Shown: positions 26,438-40,399 of the stretch, in pieces
Numbering within the stretch: position 1 is the first letter of the stretch
How the letters are laid out: each line of letters starts with the position of its first letter
NCBI RefSeq assembly: GCF_006345805.1
Contig: NC_043023.1
Location: 7,130,001-7,194,000 of the forward strand
Reading direction: 5' to 3'
DNA: 64,000 nt
From: Octopus sinensis
Taxonomy: Eukaryota
Notes under the pieces: generated by a model
What the model was told of the DNA's origin: nothing
Databases searched by the model: none
What the model saw: the letters and a program-made list of their open reading frames with translations, nothing else
Program-made: the position numbers and the translations under genes

Positions 26438-26478
<41 letters not shown>

Positions 26479-26530
26479 CGCAGGAGTGGTTGTCTGGTAA
26501 GTAGCTTGCTTACCAACCATTCCGTCATAC

Positions 26531-26592
<62 letters not shown>

Positions 26593-26760
26593 GTATGTGT
26601 GTGTATATGTTTGTGTGTCTGTGCTTGTCCCCCAGACATCACTTGACAACCGATGCTAGTACTAGGCTTACAAAGAATAAGTCCTGGGGTCGATTTGCTT
26701 GACTAAAGGCGGTGCTCCAACATGGCCACAGTCAAATGACTGAAACAAGTAAAAGAGTAT
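26034..26760 (+). mobile_element. SINE family A cluster (repeated heads plus one tail)
   Basis: Three heads separated by (TA)/(CA) tracts. Confidence 0.8.
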
Positions 26761-27326
26761 GTGAGAATTGAACTCACAACTTTGTGATCATGAACCAAAC
26801 ACCCTAACCACTAAGCCACGAGCATTCAATAATACTGATGTAGAGCTTTACTGAAAACTCACTTACTAAGCTTAACATTGTCAGCAGATCAATATGGCCG
26901 CCTTTTGGGAAAAGACAGAATTTAATTTAGGCAAAACATTATTTGTACATCTATGAAAATAATTATCGTTTCTGTTTGTATGGTAAACAAAAGTGGAGGA
27001 TGACATTTCACAACAATTATATTTACATTCGTTTATTGGTCAATAGATCAATTCAGCTGTGATGTGTTACACCAACCATTGTCTATAATTATATAACACA
27101 GAACCTATATATAAATGTTGCATCATTCTACATACATATGTAGGCGCAGGTGTGGTAAGTTGCTTGCTTAGGAACCACATTGTTCCGGGTTCAGTTCCAC
27201 TGTGTGGCACCGTGGGCAAGTGTCTTCTACTATAGCCTCAGGCTGACCAAAGCCTTGTGAGTGGATTTGGTAGATGGAAACTGAAAGAAGCCCATCATAT
27301 ATATGTGTGTGTATGTGTATATATAT

Positions 27327-27357
<31 letters not shown>

Positions 27358-27374
27358 GGATGGATGGACGGATG

Positions 27375-27430
<56 letters not shown>

Positions 27431-27665
27431 CATAGATGGATAGATGGATAGATAGATTGATAGATACATAGATGGATAGATAGAAGGATAGATGGATAGA
27501 TAGAAAGATAGGTGGATAGATGGATAGATAGAAAGATAGATAGATAGATGGATCGATGGATGGATGGATGGACGGACGGATGGACGGACGACGGACGGAC
27601 GGACGGACGGACGACGGACGGACGGACGGACGGACGGACGGATAGATGGATAGATAGATAGATAC

Positions 27666-27711
<46 letters not shown>

Positions 27712-27768
27712 GGATAGATAGATAGATAGATACATAGATGGATAGATAGATAGATAGATACATAGATG

Positions 27769-27800
<32 letters not shown>
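27327..27800. repeat. (GATA)n/(GGAT)n/(GGAC)n compound microsatellite
   Basis: Seen directly. Confidence 0.95.
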
Positions 27801-27801
<1 letters not shown>

Positions 27802-28241
27802 AACTTACTTGGAAAAGGATGCGTGGTGCTCGATCATATAATAATATAAATAATATATAAATATATGCATATATACATATATATATGTACATACCTACAT
27901 ATATATGTATATATACATGCATATATGGGTACAGGACATCGAAAAAATGTTGAACACAATGAGAAATGAAAACATAAAAACAAAAACATAGAAACAAACT
28001 ATTTTTTGGACACCAAGAAAAACAAACAGAGAAACAAGACATACAACTATCCTGTTCTTGTTATCACTTTCACCCACCGCAAAAAATGCCAAATTTTATT
28101 TAATTTGCTTTGCGGGAAGGACTGTTTCAACGAAGTTGCGTCCTGTCCTTGCCTTAGAAACGTGGAGATGAAACAGGGGACAACTGATGAAGGGAATATT
28201 CTTTATGTTGTATGTCTCGTTTCTCTGTTTAATTTAAACAT

Positions 28242-28457
28242 CATATTATGCGGAGAGAATCCCTGGAGAAGGACATCATGCTCGGAATGGTCAGTGGCAA
28301 GAGAGGAAGAGGCTGACCAAGAACCCGCTGGCTTGACACCATCAAGAGTGATACCAGAATGGACATAGCTAGTCTGAAAGAAGCGGTCCAGGATAGAACT
28401 GACTGGCGGACACTGATCCAACGAGTGACCGAGAGTCGACTTCGACTGAGCAGATAG
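28242..28457 (+). mobile_element. RTE-clade (BovB-like) LINE 3' end
   Basis: HIMRRESLEKDIMLGMVSGKRGRG*PRTRWLDTIK...AVQDRTDWRTLIQRVTESRLRLSR*, followed by (AG)n. Confidence 0.85.
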
Positions 28458-28736
28458 AGAGAGAGAAGGTAAATGAAGGTTTCTGTGGGGACGCTAAAAG
28501 TCATATTCACCTAGTGAGTTTACATATCCCAGGATGAATATCACTGTCGGGGTTAGATGCAGTAAGAGCTGGTAGTGGTGATATTAGCGGTGTCGGCAGT
28601 GATGAATTTCATTGTGTCATAACACAGGGACCACGAGCAAATAGCTTCCTGGTGCAAATGCAAGCTAGACTCCCTAAGTGGAGAAAAATATCTATTTACA
28701 GAAATTGCTGGGCTTCACAGAGATGTGTAGGGTTTT

Positions 28737-29507
28737 TCTTATTTCTTTACTGCCCACAAGGGGCTACACACAGAGGGGACAAACAAGGACAAACGGATTA
28801 AGTCGATTATATTGACCCCAGTGTGTAACTGATACTTATTTAATTGACCCCATAAGAGTGAAAGGCAAAGTCGACCTCGGTGGAATTTGAACTCAGAACG
28901 TAACGGCAGACAAACTACCTATTTCTTTACTACCCACAAGGGGCTACACACAGAGGGGACAAACAAGGACAAACGGATTAAGTCGATTATATCGATCCCA
29001 GTGTGTAACTGATACTTATTTAATTGACCCCATAAGGGTGAAAGGCAAATTCGACCTCGGTGGAATTTGAACTCAGAACGTAACGGCAGACAAACTACCT
29101 ATTTCTTTACTACCTGTAAGGGGCTACACACAGAGGGGACAAACAAGGACAAATGGATTAAGTCGATTATATCGACCCCAGTGTGTAACTGATACTTATT
29201 TAATCGACCCCATAAGGGTGAAAGGCAAATTCGACCTCGGTGGAATTTGAACTCAGAACGTAACGGCAGACAAACTACCTATTTCTTTACTACCTGTAAG
29301 GGGCTACACACAGAGAGGACAAACAAGGACAAATGGATTAAGTTGATTATATCGACCCCAGTGTGTAACGGATACTTATTTAATTGACCCCATAAGGATG
29401 AAAGGCAAAGTTGACCTTGGTGGAATTTGAACTCAGAACGTAACAGCAGACGAAATACCGCTAATTATTTCGTCTGGTGTGCTAACGTTTCTACCAGCTC
29501 GCTACCT
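28737..29507 (-). repeat. Four tandem 180-bp SINE family B units sharing a single head
   Basis: ATTTCTTTACT recurs at 28741, 28921, 29101 and 29281. Confidence 0.9.
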
Positions 29508-29847
29508 TTTTTTCTGTAAGGTTTTTCTGCCAAGAGAACACGTGATCCATTTGAGCGCATCTGATTGTTTGACGGCGTAATTTGGTGCGATTTTTTAGGG
29601 GACATATGTTTGTTTGTCTGCATTTGTCCCCCCCAACATCGCTTGACAACCGATGGGGGTGTGTTTACATCCCTGTAACTTAGCAGTTCGGCAAAAGGGA
29701 TCGATAGAATAAGTACTAGGCTTACAAAGAATAAGTCCTGGGGTCAATTTTCTCAGCTAAAGGCAGTGCTCCAGCATGGCCACAGTCAAATGACTGAAAC
29801 AAGTTTAAGAGTAAAGAGTATATAAATATATAAATATGCAGCAGTAT

Positions 29848-30263
29848 AGGCGCAGGGGTAGCTGTGTGGTAAGTAGCTTGTTTACCAACCACATGGTTTC
29901 GGGTTCAGTTCCACTGTGTGGCACCTTGGGCAAGTGTCTTCTACTATAGCCTCGGGCCGACCAAAGCCTTGTGAGTGGATTTGGTAGACGGAAACTGAAA
30001 GAAGCCTGTCGTATATATATATATATGTATATGTATGTGTATATATGTGTGTGTATGTTTGTATGTCTGTGTTTGTGCCCCCCAACATCGTTTGACAACC
30101 GATGCTGGTGTGTTTATGTCCCCATCACTTATCGGTTCGGCAAAAGACAACGATAGAATAAATACTGGGCTTACAAAAGAATAAGTCCTGGGGTTGAGTT
30201 GCTCGATTAAAGGCGGTGCTCCAGCATGGCCGCAGTCAAATGACTGAAACAAGTAAAAAGAGT
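29848..30263 (+). mobile_element. SINE family A, full-length (tRNA head, CORE-like CCTTGGGCAAGT, internal (TA)/(TG) microsatellite, TAAAAGAG tail; possibly octopus OR2-type)
   Basis: A-box-like TAGCTGTGTGGT and B-box-like GGTTCAGTTCC; about 25 whole or partial copies in the window. Confidence 0.85.
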
Positions 30264-30453
30264 ATATAATTATACTTTTGATATATAAATATACTGCAGT
30301 ATAGGATTATGCTTTTAATATGTAACCTAAAACGTTATTTTGATGTCTATTATTTTCTCTTCACTATAATTTTAATTCATTATATAAAAAACCTTTTTAT
30401 CTGTAATCCAATGCAGTGTATTATTACTGTGTTTGTATATTTAAATATTTACA

Positions 30454-30870
30454 TCTCTTTACTCTTTACTCTTTTACTTGTTTCAGTCATTTGACTGTGG
30501 CCATTCTGGAGCACCGCCTTTAGTCAAGCAAATCGACCCCAGGACTTATTCTTTGTAAGCCTAGTACTTATTCTATCGGTCTCTTTTGCCGAACTGATAA
30601 GTTACGGGGACGTAAACACACCATCGGTTGTCAAGCGATGTTGAGGGGGGGACAAACACAGACATACAAACATACACACACATATATACACATATATATA
30701 TATATACGACAGGCTTCTTTCAGTTTCCGTCTACCAAATCCACTCACAAGGCTTTGGTCGGCCCGAGGCTATAGTAGAAGACACTTGCCCAAGGTGCCAC
30801 TCAGTGGGACTGAGCCCGGAACCATGTGGTTGGTAAGCAAGCTACTTACCACACAGCCACTCCTGCGTCT
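30454..30870 (-). mobile_element. SINE family A, full-length, inverted relative to 29848-30263
   Basis: Reverse complement of the family A consensus. Confidence 0.85.
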
Positions 30871-31050
30871 ATATATATATATATATCATCATCATCATCT
30901 TCGTTTAGCGTCCGCTTTCCATGCTAGCATGGGTTGGACGATTCTACTGGGATCTGGGAAGCCAGAAGGCTGCACCAGGCCCAGTCTGATCTGGCAATGT
31001 TTCTACGGCTGGATGCCCTTCCTAACGCCAACCACTCCGTGAGTGTAGTG

Positions 31051-32130
31051 GGTGCTTTTTATGTGCCACCAGCACAGAGGCCAGACAAGGCTGCCAAACG
31101 GCCACGATCGGATGGTGCTTTTTATGTGCCACCAGCACAGGTGCCAGACGAGGCTGCCAGATGGCCACGATCAGATGGTGCTTTTTATGTGCCACCAGCA
31201 CAGGTGCCAGACAAGGCTGCCAAACGGCGACGATCGGATGGTGCTTTTTATGTGCCACCAGCACAGGTGCCAGACAAGGCTGCCAAACGGCGACGATCAG
31301 ATGGTGCTTTTTATGTGCCACCAGCACAGGTGTCAGACGAGGCTGCCAAACGGCCACGATCGGATGGTGCTTTTTATGTGCCACCAGCACAGGTGCCAGA
31401 CGAGGCTGCCAAACGGCCATGGTCGGATGGTGCTTTTTATGTGCCACCAGCACAGGTGCCAGACGAGGCTGCCAAACGGCCAGGATTGGATGGTGCTTTT
31501 TATGTGCCACCAGCACAGGAGCCAGACGAAGCTGCCAAACGGCCACGATCGGATGGTGCTTTTTATGTGCCACCAGCACAGGTGCCAGACGAAGCTGCCA
31601 AACGGCCACGATCGGATGGTGCTTTTTATGTGCCACCAGCACAGGTGCCAGACGAAGCTGCCAAACGGCCACGATCGGATGGTGCTTTTTATGTGCCACC
31701 AGCACAGGTGCCAGACGAAGCTGCCAAACGGCCACGATCGGATGGTGCTTTTTATGTGCCACCAGCAAGGTGCAGACGAAGCTGCCAAATGCCCGCGATC
31801 GGATGGTGCTTTTATGTGCCACCAGCACAGGTGCCAGACGAAGCTGCCAAACGGCCAAGATCGGATGGTGCTTTTATGTGCCACCAGCACAGGTGCCAGA
31901 CGAGGCTGCCAAACGGCCATGGTCGGATGGTTGCTTTTTATGTGCCACCAGCACAGGGGCCAGACGAGGCTGCCAACGGCCATGGTCGGATGGTGCTTTT
32001 TATGTGCCACCAGCACAGGTGCCAGACGAAGCTGCCAAACGGCCACGATCGGATGGTGCTTTTTACGTGCCACCGGCTTGAGGCCAGTCGGGGCGGCGCT
32101 GGCAACGGCCACGTTCGGATGGTTCTCTTA
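31051..32130. repeat. 63-bp minisatellite (about 16-17 units) expanded inside a family C element
   Basis: Unit GGTGCTTTTTATGTGCCACCAGCACAGGTGCCAGACGAAGCTGCCAAACGGCCACGATCGGAT. Confidence 0.95.
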
Positions 32131-33346
32131 CGTACCACCAGCACTGGTATCATGGCTGCAATTTCCATTGATGTTGAGGATTCCGTTGATGTTATGCAGA
32201 GATTCATGCAGCTGAGATCCGGGTGATCCGATGAAATTATTTCATGAAAATATATAAACCATAAAATGTCAGAAAATAAGAGAAGTAAATATATTTATTT
32301 AACCACTTTTCGTCTTCAGGATAACACCAGTTTCACAGCCTTCTCCATGTTGTAATATTTTCAGTGTATAATAAATTATGTTTGCATAAATTATGTAAAC
32401 ATAATTTTTATAATAATTTATATTTGCTTGTTCTGCATGAATTTGGAGATGATGGCAATTGAAATTTTATGAACAGAACTATAAGCTTTCACTCTGTATT
32501 GACTATAGAAGGTAGTCTAATAATGCAGTATATAAAACCCTATAAAAGAAACAGAATGGGTACTACCTTGTGTGTGAATCAAAAATAAGAGATGTGGATT
32601 TAATTCCCACATGAACTAATGCAATATTTTCTGTTACACTGACATACATGCCCTCGTATTAGTCTATTTTTTGTTGTCAGTATACGATGAAGGCTCATAA
32701 TTCTATATACAAAATTTCCTTTGCCACCTTTCCCTAGTTCATGCAGAATACACACCTGTTTACATAATGCTATGTAATTATAGCTTCTAAATTTAATGGC
32801 AAAAAAAGGATGGATGCTTGGCATCAGGAAGGGCATCCAACTGTAGAAAGCTTGCCACACGCATAGCGCTGTGCATATATATATATATATATATACACAC
32901 ATACACATATACGATGGGCTTCTTTCAGTTTCCATCTACCAAATCCACTCACAAGGCTTTGGTCAGCCTGAGGTTATAGTAGATGACACTTGCCCAAGGT
33001 GCCACACATTGGGACTGAACCTGGAACCATATGGTTGGGAAGCAAGCTACTTACCATACAGCCACTCCTGCACCTTTACTTTTATGGTAATATTTTCCAA
33101 ATATAAGTGCTTTCCCAAAAGGACACACACACACACACATGACAAGCTTCTTTCAGTTTCCGTCTACCAAATCTACTCACAAGGCTTTGGTTGGTCTGAG
33201 GCTATAGTAGAAGACAGTTACTCAAGGTGCTACACAGTGGGACTGAACCTGGAACCATGTGGTTGGGAAGCAAGTTTTTTACCACACAGTCACACCTGCT
33301 CCTACAGAAACTAAAAGAAGCTTGTTATATATGTGTGTGAGTATGC

Positions 33347-33429
<83 letters not shown>

Positions 33430-33557
33430 TATCTTTGTGTCTATATTTGTCTCCTACTACCACTTGACAACCAGTGTTGGTGTGTTTATGTCCCTGTAAC
33501 TTAGCAGTTCAACAAAAGGAAACAATAGAATAAATACCATGCTTAAAAAAAATGTAT

Positions 33558-33975
33558 AGGTGCAGGAGTGGCTGTGTGGTAAGTAGCTTGCTAACCAACC
33601 ACATGGTTCAGGGTTCATTCCCACTGCGTGGCACCTTGGGCAAGTGTCGTCTACTATAGTCTCAGGCTGACCAAAGCCTTGTGAGTGGATGTGGTAGACG
33701 GAAACTGAAAGAAGCCTGTCGTATATATATATATGTATATATATGTGTATATATGTGTGTGTATATGTTTGTGTGTCTGTGTTTGTCCCCCTAGCATTGC
33801 TTGACAACCGATGCTGGTGTGTTTACGTCCCCGTCACTTAGCGGTTCAGCAAGAGACTGATAGAATAAGTACTAGGCTTACAAAGAATAAGTCCTGGGGT
33901 CTGTTTGCTCGACTAAAGACGGTGCTCCAGCATGGCCGCATTCAAATGACTGAAACAAGTAAAAGAGTAAAAAGA
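33558..33975 (+). mobile_element. SINE family A, full-length
   Basis: Matches the family A consensus. Confidence 0.85.
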
Positions 33976-34239
33976 GGTCAATTAGTTTTGACTAAAATTT
34001 ATCAAAGCCGTGCCCCAGCATGGCCACAGTCTAATGACTAAAAAAAGAATAAGAGAAAAAGTCCAGACACTTGACCAAGGTGCTGCCAAGAGTGACTGAT
34101 ACAGGATGCAATTAATGGAATTAATGAAAAATCATTAATTAATAGACAGCTGAGACAAAACACGGAAGTGATATGGTGTAAATTACTGATACCTCGTTAG
34201 TTACAATGACGAGCATTCCAGTTTTTCAATTAACTAAAT

Positions 34240-34632
34240 AGGCACAGGAGTGGCTGTGTGGTAAGTAGCTTGCTTACCGACCTCATGGTTCCGGGTTCAG
34301 TCCCACTGCGTGGCATCTTTGGCAAGTGTCTTCTGCTATAGCCCCGGGCCGACTAATGCCTTGTGAGTGGATTTTGTAGACGGAAACTGAAAGAAGCCTG
34401 TCGTATATATATATATATATGCGTGTGTGTGTTTGTCCCCCTCACATTGCTTGACAACCGATGCTGGTGTGTTCATGTCCCCGTCACTTAGCGGTTCGGC
34501 AAAAGAGATGATAGAATAAGTACTGGGCTTACAAAGAATAAGTCCCGGGGTCGAATTGCTTGACTAAAGGTGGTGCTCCAGCATGGCTACAGTTAAATGA
34601 CTGAAACAGGTAAAAGAGTAAAAGAGTAAGAG
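34240..34632 (+). mobile_element. SINE family A, full-length
   Basis: Matches the family A consensus. Confidence 0.85.
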
Positions 34633-35211
34633 AGTCTACTGTGAAATTAACATGCAAGTGGCTGAGTGCCCCATAAACACTGATATCCTTAACGTAATTT
34701 TCAGGGGGATTCGTGACCCAGGAAGTTATGGGATGAATTGGTGAGAAAGGGTCTACAGATTTTGGGACTTCCAGAGGGGTTGACAGGGGACCAAAACCCC
34801 TGGCAGTTTGCTGTGCTTGAAAAACCATGTCAAGCTAAGTAAAAATGATGTTGCCCCTGCATACAGGCTCATCCCTTGCAACCCTCTACAGCTGAGCATC
34901 CCTAATTTTGTGGGCTGTTGTTGTTGTTGTTTGTTTGTTGAGTGAAGCGGTCTTCATCCCTTGGGAGAAGTCCAAAACGAGGTCCTTTGCTATTCGTAAG
35001 ACCCACAGAAGAGAAAGCCGGTCAACCTCTGATACCGAGAGCATCGACGGATGGATGAATGCGATCCAGGCTCAGCGGTTGCGTAGGAAGTCGGGGACAA
35101 GAAACAGGAAGAAAGAGTGAGAAAAAGTTGGAGCAAAAGAGTACAAGAGGGGTCGCCACCACCCATTGCCGGAGCCTTGTGGAGCTTTATGTGTTTTCGC
35201 TCAATGTTGTT

Positions 35212-35605
35212 GTTGTTAAGCAACAAGGCGGGTAAGGGTGATTAGGTGATGGTCTAGGACTTAGGGGCAGGGGACCCCAAACCTTGAAAAAAAAACTTTG
35301 GACGTCTTGTAGTCGAGGGCTCTTCTTTGACGCCCGACACCACCAGGAGGTGGCCCTCGAAATCGCTGGAAATGGAGATCTCCAGGTCCAACTTCTTGAA
35401 CGGCTGCTGTCGTTGTTAAGCAACAAGATGGGTAAGGGTGATTAGGTGATGGTCTAGGGCTTAGGGGCAGGAGACCCCAGACCTTGGGAAAAAAAAACTT
35501 TGGTCGTCTTGTAGTCGAGGGCCTTCTTTGACGCCCGACACCACTGGGAGGTGGCCCTTGAAGTCGCTGGAAATGGAGATCTCCAGGTTCAAATTCTTGA
35601 ACGGC
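35212..35605. repeat. Tandem duplication, 200-bp period, GC-rich, unclassified
   Basis: GTTGTTAAGCAACAAG...TTCTTGAACGGC at 35212 and 35412. Confidence 0.85.
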
Positions 35606-36029
35606 ATTTTGTGGGCTTGTAAATGCTGGTGCCTCGTAAAAAAACAAACCACCCATACCACTGCTGCGTAAAACTACCCAGTGCACTCTGTACCTTGGTT
35701 GGTGTTAGGGAGGGCATCCAACCATAGAAACCCTGCCAAAACAGACGGGGAGCCCAAACAGTCCTTCAACTGGTCAGCTCCTGTCAAATGGATCAACCCA
35801 TACCAGCATGGAAAACAGATGTTAGATAATGATGATGATGATGATGATGGTTCGACATGGCACAGAATGTGACCACTGTTACCCTTTGATGATTTTTGAC
35901 ATCTTGGCATCTGAAGCAGCTGGGGATACAATAGTTTGACCAAAAGACCCGGCTATTGGAAGCAAAGATAAATATTGACAAAAATGAATTTGGCTAAATT
36001 TGGACATACAACAGTTTAACATAATAGCA

Positions 36030-37060
36030 ACAATATGTATGTATGTGTGTGTGTGTGTATGTATGTATGAATGTGTGTGTGTATGTATGTATGTATGTGT
36101 GTGTTTTTGTATGTATGTATGTGTGTATGTATGTATGTATGGATGTTGATTTTGATTTTGATTTTTCCAGTTTCAGCTCATGAGCTGTGGCCATGCTGGG
36201 GCACCGCCATAATGTATGTATGTATTATGTATATTTGTATGTATGTATATACGTATGTATGTATTATGTATGTATGCTTGTATGTATCTATGTATGTGTG
36301 TGTGTGTATGTATGTATGTATGTATGAATATATGTATGTTTGTATGTATGTGCATATTTGTATATATATGTTTGCATGTGTGTATGTATGTGTGTGTAAT
36401 TGTATGTATGTATGTACGTATGTATGTATGTATGAATGTATGTATATATGTATGTATGTATGTGATGTATGTATGTATGTATGTGTGTATATATATATGT
36501 GTGTATGTATGTATTTATGTTATGTTTGTATGTGTGTATATATGTATGTATGTATGTATGTTTGTATATATGTATGTATGTTTGTATTGTGTGTGTGTAT
36601 ATATATATATATGCATGTATGTATGTATGCATGTATGTATATATGTATGTATATATGTATGTATGCATGTATGTATGTATGTATGTATGCATGTATGTAT
36701 ATATGTATGTATATATGTATGTATGCATGTATGTATGTATGTATGTATGCATGTATGTATATATGTATGTATATATGTATGTATGCATGTATGTATGTAT
36801 GTATGTATGCATGTATGTATATTGTATGTATATATGTATGTATGCATGTATGTATGTATGTAGTATGTATGTACGAATGTATGTATGTATGTATGATGTA
36901 TGATATTGTATGTATTATATGTATGTATGCATTATGTATGTATGTATGTATGTATGTACGAATGTATGTATGTATGTATGTATGTATGTATCTAAGTATG
37001 TATGTATATATGTATGTATGTATGCATGTGTGTGTATGTATGTATGTATATATGTGTATG
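36030..37060. repeat. (TATG)n microsatellite with a local 60-bp higher-order repeat
   Basis: Lines 36661 and 36721 are identical. Confidence 0.95.
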
Positions 37061-37477
37061 TCTCCTCGTATTGGCAACACAATATTGTTGTAAAGTTGTA
37101 AATTCATTTCATATATTTCCAATAATCTGCAATAATCTAACAAAATCGTTAGCATGCTGGGCAAAATGCTTAGCAGTATTTCATCTGATTTCATGTTCTG
37201 AGTTCCAATGCCGCCGGGGTCAGCTTTGCCTTTCATACTTTCGAGGTCAATAAATTAAGCTCCAGTGAAACACCGGGGTCGATATTATCAACTTACTCCC
37301 TCCCCACAAAATTCCTGGCCTTGTGCTTATTGTAGAAAGGAATATTCTGCAAGACATGTCTAGCCAGGGGGAAATTATTACCTTCCTTCGAAATAAATGA
37401 GGGTTGGCAATAGGAAGGGCATCCAACTATAGAAACCATGTTCTGACAAACCATGTTCTTCCTCTAGTAATTAGTCT

Positions 37478-38147
37478 CTTACTTGTTTCAGTCATGTGAC
37501 TGTGGCCATGCTGGAGCACCGCCTTAAGTCGAGCAAATCGACCCCAGGACTTATTCTTTATAAGCCTAGTACTTATTCTATCAGTCTCTTGCTAAACCGC
37601 TAAGTTATGTGGACGTAAACACACCAGCATCAGTTGTCAAGCGATGTTGGGTGGGGGGGGAAACATATACACACACATATATATATATATATATATACAT
37701 CCGTACATGGTCGATACCAGTGCCACCTTAACTGGCTTTTGTGCCGGTGGCACATAAAAAACACCAACCGATTGTGGCCGTTGCCAGCCTCCCCTGGCAT
37801 CTGTGCCAGTGGCACGTAAAAAGGACCCACTACACTCACAGAGTGGTTGGCGTTAGGAAAGGCATCCAGGTGTAGAAACACTGCCAGATCAGACTTGAGC
37901 CTGGTGCAGCCTCCTGGCTTCCAACCCATGCTAGCATGGAAAACGGACGTTAACCAATGAAGATGATGATGATATACATATATACGACAGGCTTCTTTCA
38001 GTTTCCGTCTACCAAATCCACTCACAAGGCTTTGGTTGGCCTGAGGCTATAGTAGAAGACACTTGCCCAAGGTGCCACACAGTGGGACTGAACCCAGAAC
38101 CATATGGTTTGCAAGCAAGCTACTTACCACACAGCCACTCCTCGCCT
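37478..38147 (-). mobile_element. SINE family A with a family C copy (about 37700-37972, +) nested in its internal microsatellite
   Basis: The two halves of family A flank the family C copy. Confidence 0.8.
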
Positions 38148-38662
38148 AAGGTAAAGATATCTGAAGAGGGAACATTAGAAGATGTTCCACCTTAAGTACC
38201 ATATGGGTACCCCTTATTGTAGTTATATGTAATTATATGTAAGCCATTTTGGGATTTATATACCTATGCTGAGTGACAGGTATGAGTTAATTGTTCATAT
38301 TGCAGCAAATCCAGGTGCGGGCCAATTTGCATGCATATTCATGTTCAGGTAAAATGATATTAAAAGGCAACATATTTAGAATAAAAGTAGAAAAACATAA
38401 GTTTATATTATACTACATAATATGATTGAGCTCAACAGCTGTTTCGTTAGGATAAACATCAGTATTTCCATAATTGATGCACATAATTGTGATGTATAAT
38501 TGATCTGTATTAAATTAGTTTAAATTGATTTAAAATCTGTTTACCCAAGTCATTGTGTGTATTATATATTGTTTCAATGCGAAAACTGTTAAAAGTATGC
38601 ATATACACACGCATGCACAATATATGGGTATATATTATATTGTATCTGTGTGTTATATATAT

Positions 38663-38755
<93 letters not shown>

Positions 38756-39199
38756 GTACATAGATATATACATATATAAGTGCATATGCAAGCATATATA
38801 TTTGTATGTATATATACATGTGTGTATAAATGTGCATATATATATATATACTTGTATGAACATTATACAAACACTCACACATACACACACACATATGCAC
38901 ACATATATACAAACATATATATACTTATAATTATATATATGTACATATATATATATATACATATATATATGCACATATATATATATGCATACATATATGT
39001 GTGTATATAATAATATATATATATACATATGCACATATATACACATATACATACATATACACACCATATATATACACACACACAATATATAATATATATA
39101 TATATATATATATACGCATAGATACATACAAATATATATAATATATACACACACACCTACATATACATACACATATATATATATTCATATACATGCGCA

Positions 39200-39272
<73 letters not shown>

Positions 39273-39280
39273 GATATACA

Positions 39281-39330
<50 letters not shown>

Positions 39331-39982
39331 ATATATGTATATACACACATGCATACACACTCACACACTGCAGAAGTGTTACACCATGGCATTCTTTACA
39401 CAGATAATATAAACACTGATGCAACAGCTGTCTTAATCTGGGCATCTCCCTATCTACTTCAATCTCTCTCCTCGTCTATCTATCTACGCATACACACACA
39501 CACACACACACACACAAATACGTAGATGTGCAGCAATTGAGAATTGCAATTTTATTGCTATTTCACCTCCTGAGTCATCAGGAACCCGGCATCAGATCTC
39601 CTTTAAAGGCTGTAATTCATTACTCTTTCAGCCTCGTTCAATATTTAAGTATTTTTTCTGTTTCGCAGCCATTTTTAGCAACCATTGTTGTTTCTTCGTA
39701 TTCCTTTCCAATCAATATTTGAGAGGTGCAGGTTTATAATTCCCAGTGGAGGATTGCCACTTTTTTCCATCTTCTAAAGGGGCTGTTTATCTGATTCTCT
39801 AAGCAGTCTTCACCACCTTCCACCATCCGCAAATTCCCTTGTCTTCTATAGAATATATATGTGTTTGTATGTGTGTGTATATATATATATATATATATAA
39901 TATATATATAATTAATATATAATATATATTATATATATATATAATGTAATGTATATATAATATATATATAGTTATATTATTA

Positions 39983-40399
39983 GGTGCGCAGGAGTGGCTA
40001 TGTGGTAAGTAGCTTGTTAACCAACACATGGTTCCGGGTTCAGTCCTACTGCGTGGCATCTTGGGCAAGTGTCTTCTGCTATAGCCCCAGGCCGACCAAT
40101 GCCTTGTGAGTGGATTTGGTAGACAGAAACTGAAAGAAGCCTGTCGATTATATATATATATGTGTATGTATGTATGTGTGTGTATGTGTTTGTGTGTCTG
40201 TGTTTGTCCCCCTAGCATTGCTTGACAACCGATGCTGGTGTGATTATGTCCCTGTCACTTAGCGGTTCGGCAAAAGAGACCGATAGAATAAGTACTGGGC
40301 TTACAAAGAATAAGTCCCGGGGTCGATTTGCTCGACTAAAGGCGGTGCTCCAGCATGGCCACAGTCAAATGACTGAAACAAGTAAAAGAGTAAAAGAGT
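39983..40399 (+). mobile_element. SINE family A, full-length
   Basis: Matches the family A consensus. Confidence 0.85.

Noticed and set aside
28180-28212. CTGATGA followed by a short hairpin, a possible hammerhead
   Set aside because: No GAAA or cleavage triplet after stem II
31051-32130. CRISPR-like array or 430-aa repeat-protein gene
   Set aside because: Units are contiguous near-identical 63-mers without unique spacers, derived from a SINE internal module; no cas genes; eukaryotic context; the ORFs are a by-product of a stop-poor unit
36071-37236. Long MYVC/HTYI ORFs (similar cases at 13.7-15.6 kb, 38.5-39.4 kb, 54-55.6 kb, 58.7-59.3 kb, 60.8-63 kb)
   Set aside because: Simple-repeat translations with no domain content
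39555-39585. Minus-strand CTGATGA...GAAA
   Set aside because: Stems I-III cannot be formed convincingly
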